This document shows positions 26,101 through 36,653 of a DNA stretch of 64,000 nt, piece after piece. Location: NCBI GenBank assembly GCA_028826165.1, contig JAPDFW010000004.1, forward strand, positions 1 to 64,000, written 5' to 3'. How positions within the stretch are numbered: the stretch's first letter is position 1; the number at the start of each line of letters is the position of its first letter. Origin of the DNA: Anaeramoeba ignava BMAN (Eukaryota > Protista > Anaeramoebae). Both the position numbers and the translations under genes were made by a program. Under the pieces are notes generated by a model. The model did not search any database and was not told where the DNA came from. It saw nothing but the letters and a program-made list of their open reading frames with translations.

Positions 26101-27648
26101 AAATTTTAATTTAAAAACAAAATAAAAGTAAATCCAAATGATACAAAAATGAAATATTTTTCAGCAGTTAAGATGGTAATTTTTAAATCCAATTTTTAAA
26201 TCAATTTTTAAATCAATTTTTAAATCAATTTTTAAATCAATTTTAAATCCAATTTTATTCAATTTTTAAATCAATTTTTAAATCAATTTTTAAATCCAAT
26301 TTTTAAATCAATTTTTAATCCAAATTAAAATCAATTTTTAATCCAATTTTTAAATCAATTTTTAAATCAAATTTTTAAATTCAATTTTTAAATTCAATTT
26401 AAATCAATTTTTTAATCCAATTTTTTAAATTCAATTTAAATTCAAATTAAATTCAATTTTTTAATCAATTTTTAATCAATTTTTAATCCAATTTTTAATC
26501 CAATTTTTAAATCCAATTTTTAAATTAATTTTAAATCAAATTTTTAATCAATTTTAAATCCAATTTTTAATCCAATTTTAAATCCAATTTTTAATCCAAT
26601 TTTTAAATCAATTTTAAATCAATTTTAAATCAATTTTTTAATCCAATTTTTAATCCAATTTTAAATCAATTTTTAATCCAATTTTTTAAATCAATTTTTA
26701 AATCAATTTTTAAATCCAATTTTAAATCAATTTTTAAATCAATTTTAATCCAATTTTTAAATCAATTTTTAAATCAATTTTTAAATCAATTTTTAATCAA
26801 TTTTAAATCAAATTTTTAATCAATTTTTAAATCAATTTTTAAATTAATTTTTAAATCAATTTTAATCCAATTTTTAAATCAATTTTTAAATCCAATTTTA
26901 AATCAAATTTTAAATCCAATTTTTAAATCCAATTTTTAATCCAATTTTTAATCCAATTTTTAAATCCAATTTTTAATCCAATTTTTAAATCAATTTTTAA
27001 ATCAATTTTTAAATCAATTTTTAATCCAATTTTTAATCCAATTTTTAATCCAATTTTTAATCCAATTTTTAAATCAATTTTTAAATCAATTTTAAATCAT
27101 TTTTAAATCAATTTTTAATTCAATTTTAATCCAAATTTTTAATTCAATTTTTTAAATCAATTTTTTAATCAATTTTAAATCCAATTTTTAATTCAATTTT
27201 AAATCAATTTAAATCAATTTTTAAATCAATTTTAAATCCAATTTTAAATCAATTTTTAAATCAGTATTTTGAACAACAAGAAAAGAATAAATCATTTTCA
27301 GATCACAGTCAACAAGAATCAGAACAAGAAAGTGAAAAATCAAAAAGAGATTCTTTATTTGATTTACTTTCAATGGCTAAAAAGGCAAAATTACAAGAAA
27401 ATTCAAATCAAACAAATGAAAAACCTCGTCTTACAGGATTTTTTAGTCAAGTTAAAGAAAATTTACAAAAAAAAGAAGAATCAAAATTTAATTCATTTAA
27501 ATCTGAATTGGATGATTTCAAAAGTGAAATCAATATTAAAATTCAAAGTCTTGTTGAAGAAAATGAAAGATTAAGAAAAGATCTTACAGATCTTCAAAAA
27601 AGAATGAAAAGAATTGAAGAAGCAAATCCATCTTTAATTTTGAATTAA
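23125..27648 (+). CDS. Ankyrin-repeat protein (9 repeats plus C-terminal coiled coil), ~442 aa, 29 predicted exons of which 18 are 3-nt microexons
   Basis: Large exons 23125-23211, 23431-23532, 23903-24001, 24229-24327, 24522-24617, 24857-24955, 25356-25448, 25689-25784, 25981-26053, 26129-26175, 27265-27648. Repeat exons read GNSPLY..ENGADVN, KQTPLIMA, GWDALHYA..KAGANVN, NLTPLH, GTPFHFA, KSSVLHCA, KKTPLQ. All introns are GT-AG and the last exon joins ORF 27373-27648 in frame. Confidence 0.9.
23277..23351 (+). other. Microexon cluster 1: GGA (Gly, 23277-23279) and TTT (Phe, 23349-23351)
   Basis: AAAAG|GGA|GTAAAT and ATTAG|TTT|GTAAAA. Gives NKKG-G-F-GNSPLY, matching ankyrin consensus NxxD-x-x-GxTPLH spacing. 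Confidence 0.85.
23620..23837 (+). other. Microexon cluster 2: ATT (23620-23622), ACT (23688-23690), TCT (23765-23767), GAG (23835-23837)
   Basis: AAG|ATT|GTAATT, TAG|ACT|GTATTT, AAG|TCT|GTAAAT, TAG|GAG|GTAAAT, with flanking introns of 65-87 nt. Gives NSRV-I-T-S-E-RESVIQ. Confidence 0.8.
24070..24152 (+). other. Microexon cluster 3: GGT (Gly, 24070-24072) and CAT (His, 24150-24152)
   Basis: TAG|GGT|GTAAAA and AAG|CAT|GTAAAA. Gives NQTD-G-H-KQTPLI. Confidence 0.85.
24386..24459 (+). other. Microexon cluster 4: GAT (Asp, 24386-24388) and AAA (Lys, 24457-24459)
   Basis: AAG|GAT|GTAAAT and TAG|AAA|GTAAAA. Gives NASD-D-K-GWDALH, a textbook ankyrin DxxG turn. Confidence 0.87.
24683..24766 (+). 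other. Microexon cluster 5: AAA (Lys, 24683-24685) and GAA (Glu, 24764-24766)
   Basis: TAG|AAA|GTAAAA and TAG|GAA|GTAAAA. Gives NART-K-E-NLTPLH. Confidence 0.85.
25021..25297 (+). other. Microexon cluster 6: ACT (Thr, 25021-25023) and GAA (Glu, 25295-25297)
   Basis: AAG|ACT|GTAAAA and TAG|GAA|GTAATT. The intervening intron is expanded to 271 nt by (AAATT)n. Gives NYNA-T-E-GTPFH, one residue shorter than consensus. Confidence 0.82.
25519..25606 (+). other. Microexon cluster 7: AAA (25519-25521) and AAA (25604-25606)
   Basis: TAG|AAA|GTAAAA and TAG|AAA|GTATTT. Gives DILD-K-K-KSSVLH. Confidence 0.82.
25841..25909 (+). other. Microexon cluster 8: GGA (Gly, 25841-25843) and AAA (Lys, 25907-25909)
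   Basis: AAG|GGA|GTAAAC and TAG|AAA|GTAATA. Gives NLVN-G-K-KKTPLQ. Confidence 0.85.
26176..27264 (+). repeat. Intron made of degenerate (TTTTTAAATCAA / TTTTAATCCAA)n
   Basis: GTAATT...TCAG intron of 1089 nt, essentially G-free inside on the sense strand. Confidence 0.85.
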
Positions 27649-27666
27649 CAAAAACAAAAAAACAAT

Positions 27667-27995
27667 TCAATTTTTTTTTTGAAAGGAAAACAAAAATAAT
27701 AAAAGCAAAAAAAACATTTCTAAATTTTGGTTTGTTTGATTTAATTGAAAATAATCAATTCCAATTTCTAATTCATCAATTATTTCTTGTGTAATTTGAA
27801 TTTTATCTTTAATTTGATTTGAATAAATCCAATATTCAAATATTTGAAATGATTTATTACTTAATTCACTATAATCTGTAACTTTATTAGATTTATCATT
27901 TGTTACAGATAAAAACATTCCTCGACATAATTCACTTCTCATTATTAATATTAATTTAGGAAATTTATATTGTTTTTCTTTTCTTTCAATAATAA
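27667..27995 (-). pseudogene. 5'-truncated BTB-domain gene fragment
   Basis: KDFIIERKEKQYKFPKLILIMRSELCRGMFLSV...FEYWIYSN...IDYFQLN resembles the second BTB of 9406-10074. It has no upstream start and runs directly into the 146-bp satellite. Confidence 0.65.
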
Positions 27996-28006
27996 AATCT
28001 TTTTCG

Positions 28007-28580
28007 TTAATTTATTTCAAAAATGGAATAAAGAATATTAAATAATTAAATTTAGAATTAATTCTATTTTATATATTTTATTAATATTTCTTTATTTAAA
28101 ATAATATAAAATAATTCTCAATAATTAAATAAAAATAATAAAATGTTTTAATTAATTTATTTCAAAATGGAATAAAGAATAATTAATAATTAAATTTAGA
28201 ATTAATTCTATTTTATATATTTTATTAATATTTATTTATTTAAAATAATATAAAATTATTCCCAATAATTTAATAAAATTAATAAAATCTTTTTCATTAA
28301 TTTATTTCAAAAATGGAATAAAGAATATTAAATACTTAAATTTAAAATTAATTATATTTTATATATTTTATTAATATTTCTTTATTTAAAATAATATAAA
28401 ATTATTCTCAATAATTTAATAAAAATAAATAAAATATTTTAATTAATTTATTTCAAAAATGGAATAAAGAATATTAAATACTTAAATTTAAAATTAATTA
28501 TATTTTATATATTTTATTAATATTTCTTTATTTAAAATAATATAAAATTATTCCCAATAATTTAATAAAATTGAGAAGAA
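28007..28580. repeat. ~146-bp tandem repeat, 4 copies
   Basis: Unit starting TTAATTTATTTCAAAAATGGAATAAAGAAT recurs near 28007, 28152, 28297 and 28443. Confidence 0.85.
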
Positions 28581-29379
28581 AATTGAAATATTTTAATAAA
28601 GATAAATATTTAATTTTAATAATAATTAATAATAATTTAATTTGAATTTATTTTATTTTAAATTAATATGATATTTTTATTTATTATATTAATATTTTTG
28701 ATTATTTATTATTTCAATTTTAATTATAATAAAATATATTAAAAAGTGGAATAAATATTTTAATAAAGATAAATATTTAATTTTAATAATATTTAATAAT
28801 AATTTAATTTAAATTTATTTTATTTTAATTTAAAATAATATTTTTATTTATTATATTAATATTTTTAATTATTTATTATTTTAATTTTAATTATAATAAA
28901 ATATATTAAAAATAAAATTAAAAATTAAAAATTTTAAATAAATTGAATTTAACATGATTGAATAAGATAAACTTTCTAAAAAAAATAATTTACTAATTAT
29001 TCTATTTTTGATTTTGATTATAATTTATTAATATTTAAATATTAATTAATAATAAATTTTATTTGATTTTTTTTATTTTAATATTTTAATTAATGAATTT
29101 AAATTTAATTATTATTAATTTCTATTTTCAATTTTTATTTTTATTTATTATATTAAAAATATTCAATTTTTAAAATTTATTATTTTTTTTTTGGATTATT
29201 TTTATTAATTAAATTTTTAATAAATATTTTAAATTAAAATTAAATTATTTAAAATTAAATTTGTTTTTATTTATTGTTTTAAAGAAATTAATTTGATTAA
29301 AAAGTAAATTAAAATTGAATTAAATTTTGAAAAAAAAAATTAAAAAAAAAAGTTTGATTTTCTTATTATTAATTAATTT

Positions 29380-31148
29380 TTAAATGAAATAAGATTCAAC
29401 TTCATCAACAACCCATGAACTCTCAGAACCAGCTAAATAACTCATAGCTTCATTTGATCTATAAGTAATTCCATTAGGTAGATTATATCTAGAACCAAAT
29501 TGTGATAAACCATGTTTTAAATCAGAACCTAAAAGAAAATCACCATTACCAAAAAATGGACCATGATTTAAATAAGAATTAATTGCATATTGAGGTTCTT
29601 TAATTGTAAACTTTGCAGGTATTCTATCCCCTTTATCATTTCTTAATGAAAAAATAAATGCATTTGAGTCATTAATGTTTCCTTTATCTCCATTAAATCC
29701 AACTTTAGTAAAACCTCCAAAAATAAAATTTTGTTTTGTTTTGATAATAACTAATGTTTTTCCTTTCCCATCAACTGCTTTATGCCAATTTTTAGAATTA
29801 AATCCATCTCTTTTTGCTGAAAATCCTTTTTTCATTTTAGAAAAAAAATCATTATCATTTATCCATTCTTGTAATTTCTTAGCATATTCAATATCTTGAA
29901 CAATTCTTGAATCTGAAAAAATCTTTGCCACTTTTAATTTATATTTTTTTCTGTCTAGTTTTGATTTCGGGATTTCGTTTTCTTTTCCTTTTTCCTTAAT
30001 TTGTGATTCCAATTTTTTTTATTTTTCTCTCTTTTATTTATTCAAAACTTCTTTCTTCCATTTCTCTTTCAAATAGGATTTTATTTCCTCTTTTTCAATT
30101 TCTTTCTCTTGTTTTTTCCACTTTAATTTTCTTTTTTTTTCTTTTGATTCTTTTTTCTCTTGTTTTTAATTTTCTTATCTTTTCTTCAATTTCAATTTTC
30201 ATTTGTTGATTTTTTTTATTTTATTTTCAATTTCAATTTTCTTTTCTTTGTTTTTCCAATTTCTTTTTGATTATCTTGAATAACTTTGTTTTGAATATCA
30301 ACTAAAAAGAATTTGGAAGAAAAAAATCAGAATTGTTTTAATTTATCAAAATCTTGTTTTGAAATTGAATCTTTATCAAATAATGAAAAAGAATGAAATA
30401 ATCTTTTCTTTTTCAATTCCCTTTTCTTTTTCTTTTTCTTTTTCTTTCTTTCCTTTTAATCTTTCATTTCTTTTTCAATCCAATTATTTAAAAATTGAAA
30501 AAAATCAAATTGAAAAATTTCTTTTTTTTCTTGTTTAAATTGAATAAATTTGATAATTTCTTCTTTAGTTAAATTGAATAAATTCTCATTATTTTGAATT
30601 TGGGAAAAATTTTGATTTATTAATTCAAAACATTTTATTTCAATTTCATTTGAATTTAAATTTCGATTTTGGAATAAAAATTGGAAAAAATTTGAATAAT
30701 TAATTGAATTTGAAATTTTTTTTTGAATAATTTCTTTCAATAAATTTAATTTAAAATAAATTGAAATTTCTAATAATTGAAAAAGATTTTCTTGATTCTC
30801 AAAAGAAATATTTCCATAATAAATATAACTCAAAATTGATTCCATTTCTTTTTTATTAAATTGATTTAAAAAAATAGAATTAAGATGATTTTTCTCTTTT
30901 AAAAACTTATCAAAAAAAGGAGATCTTGAAGATAAAATTGATTTATGAACTTTAATTTCAAAAGGATTTGATTTATTCTCAACAAAAATTGAAAAATCTT
31001 TAAATGAATTTCCATTTAAAAGGTTTGAATAATCTTTAATTAAATTTTTTGTTACTTTTTTTTCTAAATTTTTCATTTCATTTTCATTTTGATTTTGATT
31101 TTCATTTTCAATTTGGTTTGCATTTTGATTATTATTATTCTTATCCAT
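29380..31148 (-). CDS. BTB-coiled-coil-TLDc protein, copy 1 (frameshifted in the A-rich linker ~30010-30455)
   Basis: 5' ORF 30456-31148 has BTB (FKDFSIFV...VHKSILSSRSPFF...YIYYG). 3' ORF 29380-30012 has TLDc (SAKRDGF...GKTLVIIKT...FIFGGFT...AFIFSL...GPFFG...VDEVESY). Paralog of 44346-46046. Confidence 0.8.
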
Positions 31149-31554
31149 TTTGTTTTTTGTGTTTTTTGTTTTTGTTTTTTTGTTTTTTGTTTTAAATAAA
31201 AAGGAAAAAAATGAAAAAAAAAATTTAAAAAAAATAAATAAAAAAAGTGGATTTTGAAAATAAATAAAAATATAAAAAATAAGAATAAATTTAAATTAAT
31301 AATTAATTTAATTTTCTTTTTAATTTATTATTTTAAATTAATTTATTAATAAATTATTATTATTTTTTATTAATTTTTATTATTAAAAAGGAAAATTATT
31401 TTAATTTAATTTTTAATTTAATTTTTTTGGAATTTAAAAATTATTAATAAATTTAAATTTAAAAACAAATTTCCAAATTAATATTAATTCAATTTAATTC
31501 AAAAAGATAAAATTTTAATTTCAAAAATCAATTTTCAAAAATATTTTAAAAATA

Positions 31555-32095
31555 AAAAAATATTTAAATCTAAAACAATAAATTATTATTTTAATAATAG
31601 AATTAAATAATAAATTATATTTTTCAAATTAATTTATAAATTAAATATTAAATTAAATCTATTTTCATTTTTATATTTATATTGTTAAATATTTAAATAA
31701 TAAAATATTTAAATCTAAAACATTAAATTATTATTTTAATAATAAAATTAAATATTAAATTATATTTTTAAATTAATTTATAAATTAAATATTAAATTAA
31801 ACTTATTCTTATTTTTATATTTTTATGTTAAATATTTAAATAATAAAATATTTAAATCTATAACAATAAATTATTATTTTTAATAATAAATTTAAATATT
31901 AAATTATATTTTTAAATTAATTTATAAATTAAATATTAAATTAAACTTATTTCCATTTTTTTTATTTTTTTATATTTAAATTAATAAAATATTTTAAATC
32001 TAAAACAATAAATTATTAAGTTAATAATAAAATTAAATATTAAATTTATATTTTTAAATTGAATAAATTAAATATTAAATTAAACTTATTTTTCC
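31555..32095. repeat. ~143-bp tandem repeat, ~4 copies
   Basis: TATTTAAATCTAAAACAATAAATTATTA recurs near 31561, 31706, 31849 and 31990. Confidence 0.75.
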
Positions 32096-32426
32096 ATTTT
32101 TCATTTTTTCATTTTTCATTAATTTTTAAAAATTAATTATAAAAATATCAAATTTAAATATTGAACCATTTTTCTGTTTTAAATAATAAAAATATTATTA
32201 AAAACATAAAATTAATCAAAATATTTTTAATTTATTAATTTAAAATAAAATTTATTTAATCAATTAAAAATTTTTCCATTTTTCATTTTTCATTTTTAAT
32301 AAAATTAAAAATTAAATATAAAAATAATAAATTAAACATAAATTATTTATTAAAAACATTTTAAATAATCAAAATATTAAAATAAAATTTATTAATTAAA
32401 ATATTTTTATTTTCAAAAACAAAAGA

Positions 32427-35400
32427 ATGGTCAAATTAAAAATCAAAATCAAAATTGGAAATCAAAAAATCAAAATCAAAACAAAAAATGAAAATAATGA
32501 AAATCAAAATCAAAATCAAAATCAAAATGAAAATGAAAATCAAAATCAAAATCAAAATCAAAATCAAAATCAAAAAAATCAAAATCAAAATCAAAATCAA
32601 AATGAAAATCAAAAATGAAAAAAATCAAAATCAAAAATCAAAATGAAAATGAAAATGAAAATCAAAATGAAAATGAAAATCAAAATGAAAAAAATGAAAA
32701 TCAAAATCAAAAATCAAAATCAAAATCAAAATCAAAAAAAATCAAAATCAAAATCAAAAAAAATGAAAATCAAAATCAAAATGAAAATCAAAATCAAAAT
32801 GAAAATCAAAAATAAAAAAATCAAAATCAAAAAAATCAAAATGAAAATCAAAATCAAAATCAAAATCAAAATGAAAATCAAAATCAAAATCAAAATGAAA
32901 ATCAAAATCAAAATGAAAATCCAAAATCAAAAATCAAAATCAAAATCAAAATGAAAATCAAAATCAAAATCAAAATGAAAATGAAAATGAAAATGAAAAT
33001 CAAAATGAAAATGAAAATCAAAATGAAAATGAAAATCAAAATCAAAATCAAAATCAAAATCAAAATCAAAATCAAAATCAAAATCAAAATCAAAATCAAA
33101 ATCAAAATCAAAATCAAAATGAAAATGAAAATCAAAATGTAATCAAAAATCAAAATCAAAATCAAAATCAAAATGAAAAAAAATGAAAATCAAAATCAAA
33201 ATCAAAATCAAAATGAAAATCAAAATCAAAATCAAAATCAAAATCAAAATCAAAATGAAAATGAAAATCAAAATCAAAATCAAAATCAAAATCCAAAATC
33301 AAAATCAAAATCAAAATGATAATCAAAATCAAAATCAAAATCAAAATGAAAATGAAAATGAAAATCAAAATCAAAATCAAAATGAAAATGAAAATCAAAA
33401 TCAAAATCAAAATCAAAATCAAAATCAAAATGAAAATGAAAATGAAAATCAAAATCAAAATCAAAATCAAAATGAAATGAAATGAAAATGAAAATCAAAA
33501 ATCAAAATCAAAATCAAAATCAAAATCAAAATCAAAATGAAAATGAAAATCAAAATCAAAATCAAAATCAAAATCAAAATGAAAATCAAAATCAAAATCA
33601 AAATCAAAATCAAAATCAAAATCAAAATCAAAATCAAAATCAAAATCAAAATGAAAATCAAAATGAAATCAAAATCAAAATCAAAATCAAAATCAAAATC
33701 AAAATCAAAATCAAAATCAAAATGAAAATGAAAATGAAAATCAAAATCAAAATCAAAATGAAAATCAAAATCAAAATGAAAATCAAAATGAAAATCAAAA
33801 TCAAAATGAAAATGAAAATCAAAATCAAAATCAAAATCAAAATGAAAATGAAAATGAAAATGAAAATGAAAATCAAAATCAAAATGAGTTAAAAAATGAA
33901 AATGAAGAAATTCAAACCAAAATTAAAAAATTGAATAAATTCTTAATAAAACAAGCAAATAAACAAATTGGTTTAATGTTTGGAAATAAAAAAACTTCAG
34001 ATTTTCAAATTTATTGTGGAAAAGATAAAATTTTAATTCCTTGTCATAGATCAATTTTAGAAGCTCGTTCAAAATATTTTATGATAAATAGAAAAGAAAA
34101 CAAATTTAATTCAATTTATTTTAATAATTTTGATTCTGAAATTGTTAAACCAATTATTAAATTTTTTTATAATGGAAAATTTAAATTTGATAAACAAAAA
34201 TTTGATGAATATTTTAAATTTGCAAATGAAATTAAATCGAAAGAAATTCAAATCAAAATTGAACTTGAAATTCAATCAATTTTTAATATTGAAAATATTT
34301 TAGAAATTTATTTCAAAACTCAAAAAATTAATTCAAAAAATCTTTTACAAAATTGTGAAAAATTTATTTTCCAAAATATTCAATTTATTATTTCAAATCC
34401 AAATTTTGGAAAATATCTAAATCAAAATCAAATAACTAATTTTATTGGATTGATTTCTTTAAATCAAAATCTTCCAAATCAATTTCAAATTATTGAACAA
34501 ATCAAAACAAAAATGGAATCAAAATCATCAAAAAAAATTGATAAAATTAATTAATTTTGAAATAAATCATCAAAAAGAAAATAATGAAATTGAAATTGAA
34601 AAAATTGAAAAAATGGAAAATGAAAATTATTTTTCAACTTTATTAAATCAAATTTCACAAACAAAATCAATTAATCAAATTCAAATTCAACAAATCAAAA
34701 ATAAACCAATTTCTCAAACTAAAAATATGATAATTTTATTAAATTCAAATATTCAAGAATTTGTTAAAAAAGAATTTCAACATTTACAAAGAAAAAAGTT
34801 TAAATTAAAATCTTTATGAGCAAAAAAAGAATAATCCAAAAAGAAAAAGAAGAATTAGAAAAAATCAAAAAAGAAATTGAAGAAATTCAAAAAGAATATG
34901 AAAAATGGGAAAAAGAAACTGAAGAAAAATTTCAACAATTTATTCAAAATGAAAATGAAAAAATGAAAAAAGAATATTTAGAAGAATTTAAGAAAATGAT
35001 TAATAATTTGAAAGAATTATTTAAACAAAATAGAAAAAAAGATTTAGAAGAATTTCAAAATGAATTCAAAAACAGAAAGAATACAAATTTGGAAGAAATT
35101 GATAAAAAATATCAAGAATTAATAAATTTCCCTAAATTAAAAATAGAAGAAGATTTAAAATTATTTAAAGAAAGAATTAAACAATTTAAAAATGAATTTG
35201 AAAAAAGAAAAAAAGAAACATTTAATCAATTTATTCAAGAAAATAATGAAAATCATGAAAATAATGAAAATAATGAAAATAATGAAAATAATGAAAATAA
35301 TGAAAATAATCAAATTCAAAATAATCAAAATGAAAATCAAAATCAAAATCAAAATCAAAATAAAAATAAAAATCAAAATCAAAATCAAATTCAAAATCAA

Positions 35401-36499
35401 AATGAAATTGAAGAAATGAAAAATAGAATTAAATTAAAAAAAAATAAATATTTGGAAAAAATTGAAAAAAAAATCCAAGAAATGAAAATTCAAATTGAAA
35501 AATTAAACGAAATTGAAATTGAAAAAATAATTCAAGAATTTAAAAATGAAATTGAATTAAAAAAAATTGAATATTTTAAACAAATTGATGAAGAAATCAA
35601 AAATATTCAAAAAAAAATTGATGAAGAAAAATCAAAAATAAAAATTCTTCAATCACCAGAAAAAGCAATAATTTTTTTACAAGAACTTTCAAATTCAATT
35701 CAACAACATGATAAGAGTAAATCAAAAACAAAATTAAAAAAAGAAAATTTAATCAAATCATTTTATCTTATTTAATATTTCATTTCCAAAACAAAATGAA
35801 AATAAACATAAATAATTGGAGTTCATGTTCATTTGATTCTTGAATGTATGAATAAGTTTCCTAATAATGAAATTATTCAACAAAATGGGTGTTTTACTTT
35901 AGCAATTATTGCTTATGGTGATGGTAAATAAATTCTTATTTAAATTTATTTCAAAAATAAAAATAAAACTAAAAATAAAAATAGAAATAGAAAACAAAAT
36001 TGAGATCAGGAATTTAAAAGGAATTGAAACAATTATTAAAGCAATGAATAATTTCCCAAATATCCAAATTATTCAAGAGAATGGATGTTTAACTTTAGGA
36101 ATTATTGCTTATGATGATGGTAAATAAATTCTTAATTAAATTTATTTCAAAACTAAAAATTAAACTGAAACTAAAAATAAAAATAGAAAATCAAAATGAG
36201 ATTAAAAAATTAAATGGAATTGAACCAATTATTAATGCAATGAATAATTTCCCAAATATTGAAGATATTCAAATATATGGATGTTTAACTTTAGGAATTA
36301 TTGCTTATGATGATGGTAAATAAATTCTTAATTAAAATTTTCTTCAATTACTTAATCCAAAATAAAAATAAAAATAGAAAACAAAATTGAAATAAGGAAA
36401 TTAAAAGGAATTAAAGTTATTATTAATGCAATGAATAATTTCCCAAATATTGAAGATATTCAACAATTTGGAAAATTGGCACTTGAAAAATTCAAATGA
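32427..36499 (+). CDS. N/Q/E-rich leader + BTB + coiled coil + 4 armadillo-like repeats (copy A, several frameshifts)
   Basis: BTB SDFQIYCG...CHRSILEARSKYF...FFYNG. ARM-like exons 35991-36119 and 36187-36315 (129 nt each) and 36378-36499, reading LKGIETIIKAMNNFPNIQIIQENGCLTLGIIA, with phase-1 GTAAAT..ATAG introns. Confidence 0.75.
32450..33900 (+). repeat. (AATCAA/AATGAA)n hexamer microsatellite encoding the Asn-Gln/Asn-Glu leader
   Basis: About 1.4 kb of AAAATC/AAAATG hexamers. The paralog has the same tract in frame at 41570-42265. Confidence 0.9.
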
Positions 36500-36653
36500 T
36501 TAAAAAATTCTTTTCCCATTTATTGATTTGAAGAATTTTATTTGATTGAAATTAAAAAAAATAATTTGTTTTTGTTTTTTTTTTTATTGAATTTTTTTGT
36601 TTTGAAAGAATAAAAGAAAAAGCAAAAGCAAAAATAAAAAAGTTGGAACTTAT

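Noticed and set aside
28007-28580. Regular repeats that could be mistaken for a CRISPR array (also 42690-43550 and the ARM exon array)
   Set aside because: Whole units repeat without unique spacers, there are no cas genes, and the context is eukaryotic. The ARM periodicity is explained by exons and introns.
32427-33892. Many ORFs reading IKIKIK, MKMKMK, ILILIL or DFDFDF (also 22031-22381, 41565-42297, 52820-53101, 58491-58694, 59993-60178)
   Set aside because: Stop-free frames of hexamer microsatellites or repeat-filled introns, not independent genes.
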